A stretch of 36,302 bases of DNA, taken from positions 1 to 36,302 of the forward strand of contig JAHLWS010000010.1 in the NCBI GenBank assembly GCA_019057795.1, read 5' to 3'. The notes beneath the pieces were generated by a model. It did no database searches, had not been told where the DNA came from, and was given only the letters and a program-made list of their open reading frames with translations. The position numbers and the translations under genes are program-made. Origin of the DNA: Promethearchaeota archaeon. Its GTDB lineage: Archaea > Asgardarchaeota > Lokiarchaeia > Sigyniarchaeales > SOKP01. Below, one piece after another: positions 1 through 10,096 of the stretch; the first letter of the stretch is position 1, and every line of letters starts with the position of its first letter.

Positions 1-179
1 AATTGAGACGTGTAATAAGAAACAAGCTACATCTTTTGGAGGAAATTTACTTGATAAGCTAAATAAGTTGAATAAAACACAAATTTTGTCGAATGAAAAC
101 ACTTAAATGATTTATTAGCTATTCTTTAATAAACATACTCTTTTTTAAAAATAAAAATAATTGTAATTCAACATTAACT

Positions 180-3146
180 TTAAAAAAAAGCATCCATCTT
201 TTTAATGCCCTTGATTTCCTCAAAAGATATACCGAGAGCGTCTAATACCTGCTCTAAAGCAGATTTTAACAACTCGCGATATTTTTTAGAATTAATATCT
301 TGAAGTTTTGCATGCTCCGTTACTTTAGCGCCAATAGGTCCTTTGCTTTTTATGAATCTTACTACGACTCCTTTTTGATATCTGTTTTTTATTGCTATAA
401 TTTCATTTTCACTAGCGTTATTAGCTTGGGCTTTTACAATTTCTCTTTTAATAAAGGCATTGGCGGCTCTTACATGCTGAGGAATGGTTTTGATATAATC
501 TTTCAGATGTTTTTGTAGAGCTATATTTATTGTATAATCTTCTAAAGTAAAAGCTCCTTCTCTCCCAATCTTTTTTAAATTATCTTTGACAATTGCGATA
601 ATTTTTTTCCTTGCTAATTGAAACTCATTATCATTAGTAATTTGTTTTAATATTTCTAGTAATTGGCTAAAGGTTTTTTTGATGAATTCTGGTGTGTTTT
701 TCTTTTTAACGACCAACCCTTTAATATCAACAAATTTAGTGTCTTTATAAATTCCAACATAATTTTTCTTTCTTTGTGAGAGTGCTAAGAATTGGTATGT
801 TTTTTCCTCTTCTAAATCTAAGTCTAATTCTTTTTTGCTCCAATCTGATATTTCCTTCATTTGAGACTTAGATGGATTGAGGAGAAAAACACTATCAGTA
901 TCACCATAAAGTACTTTGACCCCAAGTTCTTCTGCTTTCTTTATCGTCTGTTTTATAGAGTATTGTCCAATTCCTGTTGTGCTTTCGGCAACAGGTAAAC
1001 AAAACAAGGGGAAGTTTCTGGAACCAAATACGCCGTAGCTTGCATTTATAAACACTTTTAGCGCTTGTTGGATTGTATAGTAATAACTACGTTGTTTTTG
1101 AGTTAAAGTTTTATCAGTCGATTTTGGTTTAAAGTATTTTACTCTGGTATCTCGGAAGAAACCAACTACATAAGCAAAAATTCCCATTTTATGAGTACAT
1201 ATATGATAAGGAGTTCCTTTAACGAGGTTGTCTTCATCATCCTTATGAGGACAGAGTACAGTTTCGTAGGATAGATTATATTCTTTTATAATAGAAGGAT
1301 AAAGGCTCGCGAAATCCATAACTACCACATCAAAATGAATTCCAGGAACGGGTTGAACAACATACGCGCCTTGAAATTTACCATCGAAGAATTTCGACAT
1401 CAAAGCACCACCTTTCTTAGAATCTGAAATTTCGGATTTTCTAGGAATGAGAAATTCTTTGCGACGGTGTTCGAAGAAAAAAATGTTTTGTATCCATGTT
1501 GAAATTTGCCGTCGCACCATATCATGAATTGGCATTTTTGTAATCCTACATAATAAAACGATCAAATTCCAGACTAATGAATTGTTAAACCTAGTTAATT
1601 CAAGTGTTAATATTGAATCTTTTAGATTATACCAAGCAAGTGTCCCGTAATCCATGTCATGGATTTCTTCTTCGTGTGGGTATTTTTTTTCACCTAACAA
1701 CGCGGCACTTATGGAATTTAAAGAAGCACTTTGATAAGCTCCGCTAAAAGCATAACCAGAAATACTTCTATTGAAGAAAAAGTTAAAAACATCAATGTGA
1801 ACACCTTTTCTTAAGTCACATTCTGATTTCGACATTATTCCAAAGCCTCTTTTTACATGAATTGGATTTAAATCTTTTTCAATTTTTAATTTTACTGCTC
1901 TGTGATACATATAACTTAAATCAAAATTATCTCCGTTGAAAGTAATAATTACAGGGTAATCCCACAAAATTCTAAAGCTTTCAATCAACAATTCCTTTTC
2001 GGTTTTAAAGAAATATAATTTAGCATCGTTAGGGAAACTTTCATGTAGTTTATTGAAATTAAAACTTTCACGTTCTAAAATATACACCAATTTTAAACCA
2101 TCAGAAGCCACAAATGATATACTAATTATTTCTCGCTTCGCAAGGCGAGGGTCGGGAATCCCATAATCTCTTTCCCCCACCTTAACTTCAATATCCAGCG
2201 CTAATCGTTTCACATCGGGAATTGGTGTAATGAAAATGTCTATAAATTTCTCAGAGAATTCTCGCATTTCAGGTTTTTCATTTTTAAATATCTCTTTTAA
2301 TTCGCCTGCTAATTTTTTAGTTTCTTCTGTGCTCTTTCTATAATCAACCTTTTCAAGTTTTCCGTTATTAATTCGATAAATTAATCCGGGAATTAATTGT
2401 CTATCAAAAATATAATTTAAATGGTATCTTATGTCTGCCTCCCACGCTTTTATTTCGTTTTCCCCTAAGATATTTTTGATGTTAACTCCAGAACCGCCTA
2501 TATTTATAGGAGTCTTGCCATATATCTTCGTTATAGTTATCTCTTTATCGCTAAGCAGTTCAAAACGCTTTATTTCTTCGAACCTTTTAAAACCTTGGTA
2601 ATCTACAAGTTTATTCGTTTTCCCTGTTTTTTCATCGTAATAAGTTAATTTTTTTAAATCTGAAATTGCTTCTTTGCTTAAGCAATAAGGCTCATGGTCG
2701 GTAGTATCTATCCATATCTTGATATCGTCGTTATCCAAATCATAAAATTTACAGTAAGCTTTATTTTGACCTCCATCGTAATCTACATCTAAAAGTAAAC
2801 CTCTTTCTAAATTTTCGACGATGTCTCCCTTTTCAATTAAATATCTAAGGTATTTCGAACTTACAGATTCTCTTTGAACATTTTGTAAGGTAATATTACC
2901 TTCTTTTAAACCAAAATTATGGCTTTTTGTTTTGAAAAAGAGTTTTTGTAGTACTTTTTTTGACTCCGGTTCCGTTTTAGTTTGCTCCACCTCTATCACC
3001 TCTTTTTCTTTAGAATCATCTTGCTTTTTAATGTCGCGTTCTATTTTTCTCGTTTGAGGTTGTGTGTCCTCGACGAAAGAAAAGAGAGATTTTTGTTTGT
3101 CATCAATGGGCTTTTTTTTTCTTGGACTTGGCAATTTAACAACCAA
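180..3146 (-). CDS. polB1: Family B DNA polymerase, archaeal PolB1 type, with charged N-terminal extension
   Basis: ExoI DIE, ExoII FNGDNFD, motif A DFASLYPS, motif B KVFINASYG, motif C YGDTDS all intact. The LLDVDYDG..KAYCKFYD..HEPY segment resembles crenarchaeal PolB1. TTG start is uncertain. Confidence 0.93.
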   Translation of the reverse strand: MVVKLPSPRKKKPIDDKQKSLFSFVEDTQPQTRKIERDIKKQDDSKEKEVIEVEQTKTEPESKKVLQKLFFKTKSHNFGLKEGNITLQNVQRESVSSKYLRYLIEKGDIVENLERGLLLDVDYDGGQNKAYCKFYDLDNDDIKIWIDTTDHEPYCLSKEAISDLKKLTYYDEKTGKTNKLVDYQGFKRFEEIKRFELLSDKEITITKIYGKTPINIGGSGVNIKNILGENEIKAWEADIRYHLNYIFDRQLIPGLIYRINNGKLEKVDYRKSTEETKKLAGELKEIFKNEKPEMREFSEKFIDIFITPIPDVKRLALDIEVKVGERDYGIPDPRLAKREIISISFVASDGLKLVYILERESFNFNKLHESFPNDAKLYFFKTEKELLIESFRILWDYPVIITFNGDNFDLSYMYHRAVKLKIEKDLNPIHVKRGFGIMSKSECDLRKGVHIDVFNFFFNRSISGYAFSGAYQSASLNSISAALLGEKKYPHEEEIHDMDYGTLAWYNLKDSILTLELTRFNNSLVWNLIVLLCRITKMPIHDMVRRQISTWIQNIFFFEHRRKEFLIPRKSEISDSKKGGALMSKFFDGKFQGAYVVQPVPGIHFDVVVMDFASLYPSIIKEYNLSYETVLCPHKDDEDNLVKGTPYHICTHKMGIFAYVVGFFRDTRVKYFKPKSTDKTLTQKQRSYYYTIQQALKVFINASYGVFGSRNFPLFCLPVAESTTGIGQYSIKQTIKKAEELGVKVLYGDTDSVFLLNPSKSQMKEISDWSKKELDLDLEEEKTYQFLALSQRKKNYVGIYKDTKFVDIKGLVVKKKNTPEFIKKTFSQLLEILKQITNDNEFQLARKKIIAIVKDNLKKIGREGAFTLEDYTINIALQKHLKDYIKTIPQHVRAANAFIKREIVKAQANNASENEIIAIKNRYQKGVVVRFIKSKGPIGAKVTEHAKLQDINSKKYRELLKSALEQVLDALGISFEEIKGIKKMDAFF

Positions 3147-3370
3147 AAAATAATTTAAATTAACATTCTATTTAATATAATTAAATATTACAATATAGAT
3201 TTTAATCTCATTTATTTTGAGTTTAATATTTAAATAAAAGCAAAAAGTCAATTCCTTGCATCCATTTAATAAACCTTTAAGTATAGGCTAATCAATTTAA
3301 AAAAGCTAATATTATTAAAACAAATATCATATGATATATCACTAAAAAAGCAGTAAACGAGAAACTTATT

Positions 3371-4819
3371 ATGGAGAATGGAAAAGATATAGCTGATTTT
3401 GCGGTAAATTATGGTGTTTCCCATGGGGCATCCTATATTGAAGCAAGAGTTGTTGATTCAAGAGATGAAAGTTATGCTACGAGAAATGGCGTTATACTTA
3501 GTGGGGGAATTACTTACTCAAGTGGGATTGCAATTCGAGTTCTTGCTAATGGAGGAATGGGTTTTTGTTCTACCGCAAATTTAACTAAAAACACTATTGA
3601 AGATTTGATTGAAGAAGCGATAAAATTAGCTAAAGCTAGTAAAAGAAAAACGCCTATAACATTTTCTGAGGAGAAGGTTGTTCAAGCAAAATGGAAGACG
3701 CCTGTAAAGATAAAATTTGAGGATATTTCAACTGAAGAAAAACAGAAATTTATGATTGATATAGATAAAATTTTGAATAAAGAATTTCGATTTAAATTAC
3801 CTACTAGAACTTTTATATTGGACTTATATTCCGATGAAAAATATATTGTTACTAGTGAAGGTTCAAAAGTTGAGTCTGAAAATTCAATAATCTCTACAAT
3901 TTCTTTCAATACTGCTAAAGGGAAAGCGGGAGGTGAACAAAGAATGCTAAACTTAGGGGGGACTAGCGGATGGGAATGGATTGAAGAAAAAAATGTGGTT
4001 GAAAAAATTTTAGACGATAATAAGTGTTTAGTGAAAGCTGCTCGAAACGCAATTGAAGCGAATCTAAACGAAATAGATGTCGTTATTAGTGGTGAGGTTG
4101 CGGGAATAATGGCTCATGAAAATGTAGGTCATCCTAGTGAAGCAGATCGAATTTTAGGGCGAGAAGGAGCGCAAGCAGGAGAATCCTTTTATTTGGACCT
4201 AATACAAAAAGGCAATCTCAGTGATATTAAAATAGGAAGAGATGAAGTCACTGTAATTGACGACCCAACTCGTCCTGGTAATTCTGGGTTTTATCTTTAC
4301 GATGATGAGTGTGTGAAAGCCCGTCCGCGTTATCTAATAAAAAAGGGGATGTTGAATGAATTGCTTCTAAACCGCGAATATGCTAGTAGATATAACACTA
4401 AATCTAATGCTGCGGCACGGGCAATTAGTTATAAAAGAGAGCCTATTATTCGAATGGCTAATACATATTTTGCTCCAGGAGATTTTACATTCGAAGAATT
4501 ATTTGAAGATATTAAAATAGGAATTTACATGAAAAGTTTTACTGAATGGAACATCGATGACCGCCGTTTTCAAAGTAAATATGTTGGTCTTGAAGTATAT
4601 TTAATTGAAAACGGGGAAATAACTGATACGATGATTCGTCGGCCCATTCTTGAATTAACTACATTTGGTATTCTAGGTAACATTGATGCTGTTTCTAAAG
4701 AATTCAATTCGCCCCATGGATATTGTGGAAAAGGTGAACCGAGCCAAGGAGTCCCTGTGTGGTTGGGAGGGCCACATGTCCGATTGAGAAATATAAACTT
4801 AGGAGGTAAAAATAAATGA
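3371..4819 (+). CDS. tldD: TldD family metalloprotease subunit
   Basis: HENVGHPSEAD (HExxGH..EAD), YDDE, IRMANTY, CGKGEP..PVWLGGPH motifs. Confidence 0.93.
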   Translation: MENGKDIADFAVNYGVSHGASYIEARVVDSRDESYATRNGVILSGGITYSSGIAIRVLANGGMGFCSTANLTKNTIEDLIEEAIKLAKASKRKTPITFSEEKVVQAKWKTPVKIKFEDISTEEKQKFMIDIDKILNKEFRFKLPTRTFILDLYSDEKYIVTSEGSKVESENSIISTISFNTAKGKAGGEQRMLNLGGTSGWEWIEEKNVVEKILDDNKCLVKAARNAIEANLNEIDVVISGEVAGIMAHENVGHPSEADRILGREGAQAGESFYLDLIQKGNLSDIKIGRDEVTVIDDPTRPGNSGFYLYDDECVKARPRYLIKKGMLNELLLNREYASRYNTKSNAAARAISYKREPIIRMANTYFAPGDFTFEELFEDIKIGIYMKSFTEWNIDDRRFQSKYVGLEVYLIENGEITDTMIRRPILELTTFGILGNIDAVSKEFNSPHGYCGKGEPSQGVPVWLGGPHVRLRNINLGGKNK

Positions 4820-6192
4820 GTGAAAATGAGGCCTTTCTTAAAGTCGCTATTGAGGTTGCCCAAAAACAAGATATCGATGAGGTTATTGCTCAAAGAATTA
4901 AGGGAAAAACATACCAAATAAGGTTTTCAAATTCTTTGATAGATATTTCTAAGATATGGAATAATGATATTTTAGAACTTTTTCTTGCTAAAGGAAAAAG
5001 AACGACTCAAATCGATATAGAATCTCCAACCCCAACGAAGATCAGAGAAACTATTACAAAAGCATTTAGATTTCTTTTGAAGCTGCCAGAAAGTTTTCTT
5101 TACAATGGGATGGAAAGGAACTTACATACATATAAAAAGTTAGATCAAATCTTCGACCCAAAAATAATGAGTTTTTCAGAAAAAGCCCCAGAACTTGTCA
5201 ACGCAGCGATACAAACATCATTGGAAAGTGGGGCTAAAAAAGTTGCAGGAGTACTTTACTTTGGGTACTCTAAAACAGAATTAATGACTAATTATGGAAA
5301 TAAAGGTTCTTACGATGGCTCATACTACCGATTTACAATCCGATCCTTTGTTGATGCCGAAAGCAGTGGACAAGGAATTGTTTGTAGTAGAAATCTTTCA
5401 GGAGTTGAAAAAAAATTTATTCAAGCTGGCATTAAAGCTGGTGAAATCGCTAAAATGGCAGTAGGAGGTACGCAAGGTCACCCAGGAAAATACGATGTCA
5501 TAATGAGCCCTACAGTTGCTGCTAATGTATTAGGTCAAGTTTTTGATGGTGTAAATCCCCTTAAAATAATGATTGGTATGAGTCCTCTTAAAAACAAACA
5601 TATTGGAAAGCAAATTGCTTCTGAAGATTTTACAGTAGTAGATAATGCTCTACTTGATAATGGATTAGGAAGCCGTCCTTTTGATGTAGAGGGCACGCCT
5701 ACGGGTAAAACTCCAATTTTTACAAATGGAATTCTTGAAGGATTACTTCACAATACATCAACAAGTAAGATGGAACAAGTAGAAAATACGGGTAGTTCAA
5801 CATTTTTCGACTTCGGAATTGGTTCCAAATTCCTAGCACCTGGTCCCTCTAATATAGTTATCAGCGGAGGAAATTATACTTTAGAAGAGATTATTGCCGA
5901 ATGTAAAAAACCTACGATCTATTTAACTTCTAATTGGTATACACGTTTCACAAATATGATGGATGGTTTATTTTCAACGATACCTCGAGATGGCATGTTT
6001 CTTATTGAAAACGGTGAAATTAAAAAACCAGTAAGAAAACTTCGTTTATCTGACAATCTACTGAGAATTTGTTCAAATATTTCAGCAATAGGTAAGGATG
6101 TTCAACAAATTTATTGGTGGGAAGTAGAAACCCCAACATTCTCACCAACTATAAAAGTAAATAATTGTACCATTACTGCAGCAACACAGTAA
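4816..6192 (+). CDS. pmbA: PmbA/TldE family protein
   Basis: Overlaps tldD stop (ATGA); SRPFDVEG motif, FSTIPRDG, no HExxH. Confidence 0.88.
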   Translation: MSENEAFLKVAIEVAQKQDIDEVIAQRIKGKTYQIRFSNSLIDISKIWNNDILELFLAKGKRTTQIDIESPTPTKIRETITKAFRFLLKLPESFLYNGMERNLHTYKKLDQIFDPKIMSFSEKAPELVNAAIQTSLESGAKKVAGVLYFGYSKTELMTNYGNKGSYDGSYYRFTIRSFVDAESSGQGIVCSRNLSGVEKKFIQAGIKAGEIAKMAVGGTQGHPGKYDVIMSPTVAANVLGQVFDGVNPLKIMIGMSPLKNKHIGKQIASEDFTVVDNALLDNGLGSRPFDVEGTPTGKTPIFTNGILEGLLHNTSTSKMEQVENTGSSTFFDFGIGSKFLAPGPSNIVISGGNYTLEEIIAECKKPTIYLTSNWYTRFTNMMDGLFSTIPRDGMFLIENGEIKKPVRKLRLSDNLLRICSNISAIGKDVQQIYWWEVETPTFSPTIKVNNCTITAATQ

Positions 6193-6216
6193 ACAAACCT
6201 TTCTATATTGCTTGGG

Positions 6217-6564
6217 TTACTGGTTTTTTCTATTTTCTTTAATAATCGTTGAAATTTCAGAAAGTAGTAATTGCTTTTCAGCAATAAAAAAATGAAGTTT
6301 GCTCTTTTCAGGATGTGCGTTGTAAATAAATTCAGCTAATTCTTTAGTTTCAACTTTAGTGGGTGTTAGTAGTGCCCCATCAACATTTTCATTTAACAAT
6401 AACACCAAATTATCTGTTTCAAGTGGTTTAATATCGTACCCATTCTTCACATTTTTATTAATCTTTACACATAGTTCAGCAAGGTACCAGACAGAATTAT
6501 CGTAATTTTCTCCCGTTTTATACCTTTGATAGGCTAAAATCTCAACATCTTCTTTAGTAAACAA
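6217..6564 (-). CDS. Hypothetical protein with two internal helical repeats (DUF2934-like)
   Basis: EDVEILAYQRY..VWYLAEL and ETKELAEFIY..HFFIAEKQL repeats; GGAG upstream of TTG start. Confidence 0.7.
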   Translation of the reverse strand: MFTKEDVEILAYQRYKTGENYDNSVWYLAELCVKINKNVKNGYDIKPLETDNLVLLLNENVDGALLTPTKVETKELAEFIYNAHPEKSKLHFFIAEKQLLLSEISTIIKENRKNQ

Positions 6565-6828
6565 ACTAAATTACAACTCCTTTTCAATAATATAGAGGCT
6601 TAATAATCTAATTAATGAAAAAGTAAAGTTTACATTTAACATTTTTGCATTTAATTTTCAACTGTAAAAACTGCAAAATTAGTATTGATTTATAAATAAC
6701 TTTAATGAGATCATATGAAATAATAAGATTTAGAACTCCATTCTTATATTAGATTTCTCATAATCATAAAATTAATAATTAATTCGTTTTTAATATATAT
6801 CATCTAATATACTAATTAAAATTAATAG

Positions 6829-6922
6829 GCCCTCATGGCTTAGCGGTAGAGCAGCTGACTTGTATAACCTATTCAAGTTTCAAGACATCAGCAGGTCGTG
6901 GGTTCAAGTCCCACTGGGGGCT
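6829..6922 (+). tRNA. tRNA-Thr(TGT) with 22-nt canonical 37/38 intron (6865-6886)
   Basis: Acceptor GCCCTCA/TGGGGGC, D arm GCTT/GAGC, anticodon stem GCTGA/TCAGC, anticodon TGT 6861-6863, T arm GTGGG-TTCAAGT-CCCAC. BHB central helix CTTG/CAAG. CCA is not encoded. Confidence 0.95.
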
Positions 6923-7014
6923 TATTAACTTTTGATTATTTATGCTATTTGTATTTAATTGATTTTAAAAAAAAAAGAGAAAGATTTAAGATTTAATTAT
7001 ATTCTTTATCAAAC

Positions 7015-8340
7015 TCAGCTTCTTAACTCGTAATCTAAAGGATCGATTTTTCTAAAAATTAAGTAGCTTGCCAACAAACTTACAGCGCAGAAAGCAGAAA
7101 CGAAGAAAAATATCAAATAGAAGCTATTTGTAACCAATGCGAAAAGAATAAAAAGACCGGCACCGACAATTGTACCTACATTTTGACCCAAATTTGCTAG
7201 TGATACTAATGTTGCAAAATATGTACTTTTAAGTTTAGGATAGTAATTCTTTGATAAATCTCCGCGTATTGTTTGATTTACGACCGTTAAAGCGTTTTGA
7301 AGAGCACCTAGAAATAACAGAAATATCATTCCAAATATTAACGGAACAATTTCGCCAGTTAATAATGCAAAAGGTATGACTAATATTAGAAACGATGGAA
7401 TATATATTAAGTAGATGTATGAAAGAGTCTTTCTGCGGCTTCGATCACCAAATTTGCCTGCGACAAGAGAACCAATAACTATGCCAACCCCATTAACAAG
7501 GTAAAATATCGAACTCCACGCTTGTAAATCAACGGCACCCCCTCCAACAATCGTTAGTAACGTTTCACTGACATCGATAATGCCCATACCAATTAACACA
7601 AGGTACATAAAGAAATTTAAAAGCATAACTGCTGGAATGCCTGCCAAGAAAGTATACATAAAAACTTTCCAATTTCGCTTTTTTGTAATAATTGTCAATA
7701 AATCCAATCCAAATTCCTTCGATGATCTCTTTTCAAGAGGAGGTTCTTTGACAAGGTAGGGAAAGACGCTAGATAAAATCACTAAAACTCCCGTTACGAT
7801 AAATAATACGGGTACAATGTTTAAAGCTAAAAAAACCAATGCTAAAAGCATTCCTCCCGCACCGTAACCTAAAAACATCATAGTCCAAGTATATCCTTGA
7901 ACTCGTGCTAACTTTTCTTTAGGTGTAACATCGAGAATTAAACCGTCTAATGCGGTATCTGCAAATGCCATTCCTAATTGCGTCATAAAGTAATATATTG
8001 TCAACCAAAGATAAACCTCATTAGCAGGTAGATAAAATGCCATTGCGATCCACCAAACACCTCCAAAGACACCAAAACTTAGTATCCACGGGAATCGTTG
8101 ACCATACTTTTTAGAGCCCCATCTATCGTTGATTACACCCACAATTAACTTAATTGCCCAAGGTAAGTTCCCTATTGAATAAATGACTAGCCATAATGCA
8201 ATATCATAAGATCCACCTAATGTATGTGCTAAGTACTGAGGAAAGAACAGAAATGGAATTCCTTGAGAAAACCCTTCGCAGAGATAAAAGAAGACAAAAA
8301 TGTACGTGTATTTTTTACTATAACTAACATCTGAATCCAT
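7015..8340 (-). CDS. MFS transporter, AmpG/acetyl-CoA transporter (AT-1)-like
   Basis: About 12 hydrophobic segments; EGFSQG, PWAIKL..G...D, RFPWI, DTALDG motifs. Confidence 0.85.
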   Translation of the reverse strand: MDSDVSYSKKYTYIFVFFYLCEGFSQGIPFLFFPQYLAHTLGGSYDIALWLVIYSIGNLPWAIKLIVGVINDRWGSKKYGQRFPWILSFGVFGGVWWIAMAFYLPANEVYLWLTIYYFMTQLGMAFADTALDGLILDVTPKEKLARVQGYTWTMMFLGYGAGGMLLALVFLALNIVPVLFIVTGVLVILSSVFPYLVKEPPLEKRSSKEFGLDLLTIITKKRNWKVFMYTFLAGIPAVMLLNFFMYLVLIGMGIIDVSETLLTIVGGGAVDLQAWSSIFYLVNGVGIVIGSLVAGKFGDRSRRKTLSYIYLIYIPSFLILVIPFALLTGEIVPLIFGMIFLLFLGALQNALTVVNQTIRGDLSKNYYPKLKSTYFATLVSLANLGQNVGTIVGAGLFILFALVTNSFYLIFFFVSAFCAVSLLASYLIFRKIDPLDYELRS

Positions 8341-8501
8341 AAAAAATCTTACGTTTTATTTCTATTTAAATGTTTAGAGTATAAAAAGGAGTTTTATAAG
8401 TCTAATTAATAAGTCTTATGTACTTGAAAGGTATTTAAACAAAATAAATTCACAAAATAAATATTATTAAAATGTTTTATAAAAACTAATAAATAGAAGA
8501 T

Positions 8502-8942
8502 TTGTCGAAATTGAAAGACGACTTAATCAAAAAGGTTCTTAAAGTAAAGGATAACACCCGTGTAAAAGTACGGTTTAACGATACAGGTGCGATGGGAATT
8601 GTCCATTTTAAAAATTATATGGTTTATTTTGACGATGGATTTGTTAGTTTTATGAATAGCCTTTTATCTCCAAAAAGGATAGAGGATACTGTCCATGAAG
8701 GGACTGTATTTGGGGTTAAAAAAGTGGAGATAACCTACCAAGGTTCAGCTAAGTTTGGCGATTATGTTATAGTCGAAACTCAGATAAAAAAAATAGGAAC
8801 ATCATCTATTACATTTCAACACGAGATTTTTAGAGAATCGGATAAAACTCTAATAGCTAGTGTAGAATGCGTGAGGTTAGCAATGGAACTTAAAACAAAT
8901 AGATTGCTCAATGTGGTTGATTTTTTTGCTAATTATTTATGA
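8502..8942 (+). CDS. Hotdog-fold acyl-CoA thioesterase (YbgC/4HBT family)
   Basis: VRFNDTGAMGIVHFKNYMVYFD motif; the usual DTD aspartate is replaced by G (DTG). Confidence 0.8.
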   Translation: MSKLKDDLIKKVLKVKDNTRVKVRFNDTGAMGIVHFKNYMVYFDDGFVSFMNSLLSPKRIEDTVHEGTVFGVKKVEITYQGSAKFGDYVIVETQIKKIGTSSITFQHEIFRESDKTLIASVECVRLAMELKTNRLLNVVDFFANYL

Positions 8943-8986
8943 TTTCCTTCAATTATTCTGTAAATTTTAGTTGTAAAGAAAAAGTA

Positions 8987-10081
8987 TTAAGAAGTTGAAA
9001 CTTTAGGAGCAGGAATAAACACTTTCCTAAGTCCTGTTCGTTGCAGTTCTATAACATCTTCGGGACAATTATTAGCGCACACTCCACAGCCAATACATCT
9101 TTCTTCGTTAACAATAGCAGTAGCTTCTTCTAAATCAATTGCATCCATTGGACATAATTCTAAACACGTACCGCATCCAACACAATCGACTTCACTAACA
9201 TGTGCGATATAAGAAGTATAAGTATGGGTGGGAGAAGCGCCATTATAAAAGGCTTGAAGGTTCTGGCAGCAACAACGGCAACAGTTGCAAATTGCGAGCT
9301 CTTCCATATATGGATCTCCTTTTACATGAAAAGTTTTATGAATTAACCCTAAATCTTCTGCTTCCTTTAATATCTTTAAAGCCTCTTCCTTAGAGATTTT
9401 CTTAGCAAAACTTTGATCTATTGCAAATTTAGCAGTTCTGCCAAAACTTAAACAGTTCTGTCGTGGAGCATTAATTTTACAAGGATCTTCTAGTAAATCC
9501 TTAAAGTGCCTGCAATAACAATGTGAAACGCCAATAATATCGTATTTTTCTATGATTTTTCTTACTTCTTCTTCGGTTAATGTTAATTCTTCGTGTGGTT
9601 CTATCTGTTGTTCAATAGGGATCACCCTATCGATAGGAGGCGCGTTTTTAAAGGCGTTCATTACAATATCGTAGTTTTTTCGAGTTATTTCTGCTTCATC
9701 TTTAAACAACTGTTCCCATAGTTTCGCCAGTTTCTTTTGTTTTGCTCCCGTTTCACCTCGCATGAGAGTAAATTCCAATAATCCCGGTAGAAAAGCTACT
9801 AAACGATAAACCATCACACCAGTAGTCCTACTGGGTATAACCGTTATCATTCCGATGTGCATTAACTCATTTAACATTCTATTTAATGGTGCTTCATCTA
9901 AATCAAATTTAGATTTAATTTGATCCCGATTAAGAGATTTTCGAAACTTTAGAAGAAATTTTAATTGCTCTTCGTTTATCAATGTCTTCAACAATTCGAT
10001 AAGGGTGTCATTAATGGGTACAGGTGGACCTCCTGCCTTTAAAATATTTCTTGCAAGTTGATGCCATAATTTATCAGTCAT
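8987..10081 (-). CDS. Multi-Fe-S protein with C-terminal 2x[4Fe-4S] ferredoxin domain
   Basis: HCYCRH, CKIN..NC, ICNCCRCCC, CVGCGTC..CP and CIGCGVC..CP. Confidence 0.85.
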   Translation of the reverse strand: MTDKLWHQLARNILKAGGPPVPINDTLIELLKTLINEEQLKFLLKFRKSLNRDQIKSKFDLDEAPLNRMLNELMHIGMITVIPSRTTGVMVYRLVAFLPGLLEFTLMRGETGAKQKKLAKLWEQLFKDEAEITRKNYDIVMNAFKNAPPIDRVIPIEQQIEPHEELTLTEEEVRKIIEKYDIIGVSHCYCRHFKDLLEDPCKINAPRQNCLSFGRTAKFAIDQSFAKKISKEEALKILKEAEDLGLIHKTFHVKGDPYMEELAICNCCRCCCQNLQAFYNGASPTHTYTSYIAHVSEVDCVGCGTCLELCPMDAIDLEEATAIVNEERCIGCGVCANNCPEDVIELQRTGLRKVFIPAPKVSTS

Positions 10082-10096
10082 CTAATATCCCACATT

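Noticed and set aside
3111-3131. PSPRKKK as eukaryote-like NLS or CDK site in PolB1
   Set aside because: Short basic motif arising from an A-run; expected by chance in an AT-rich genome
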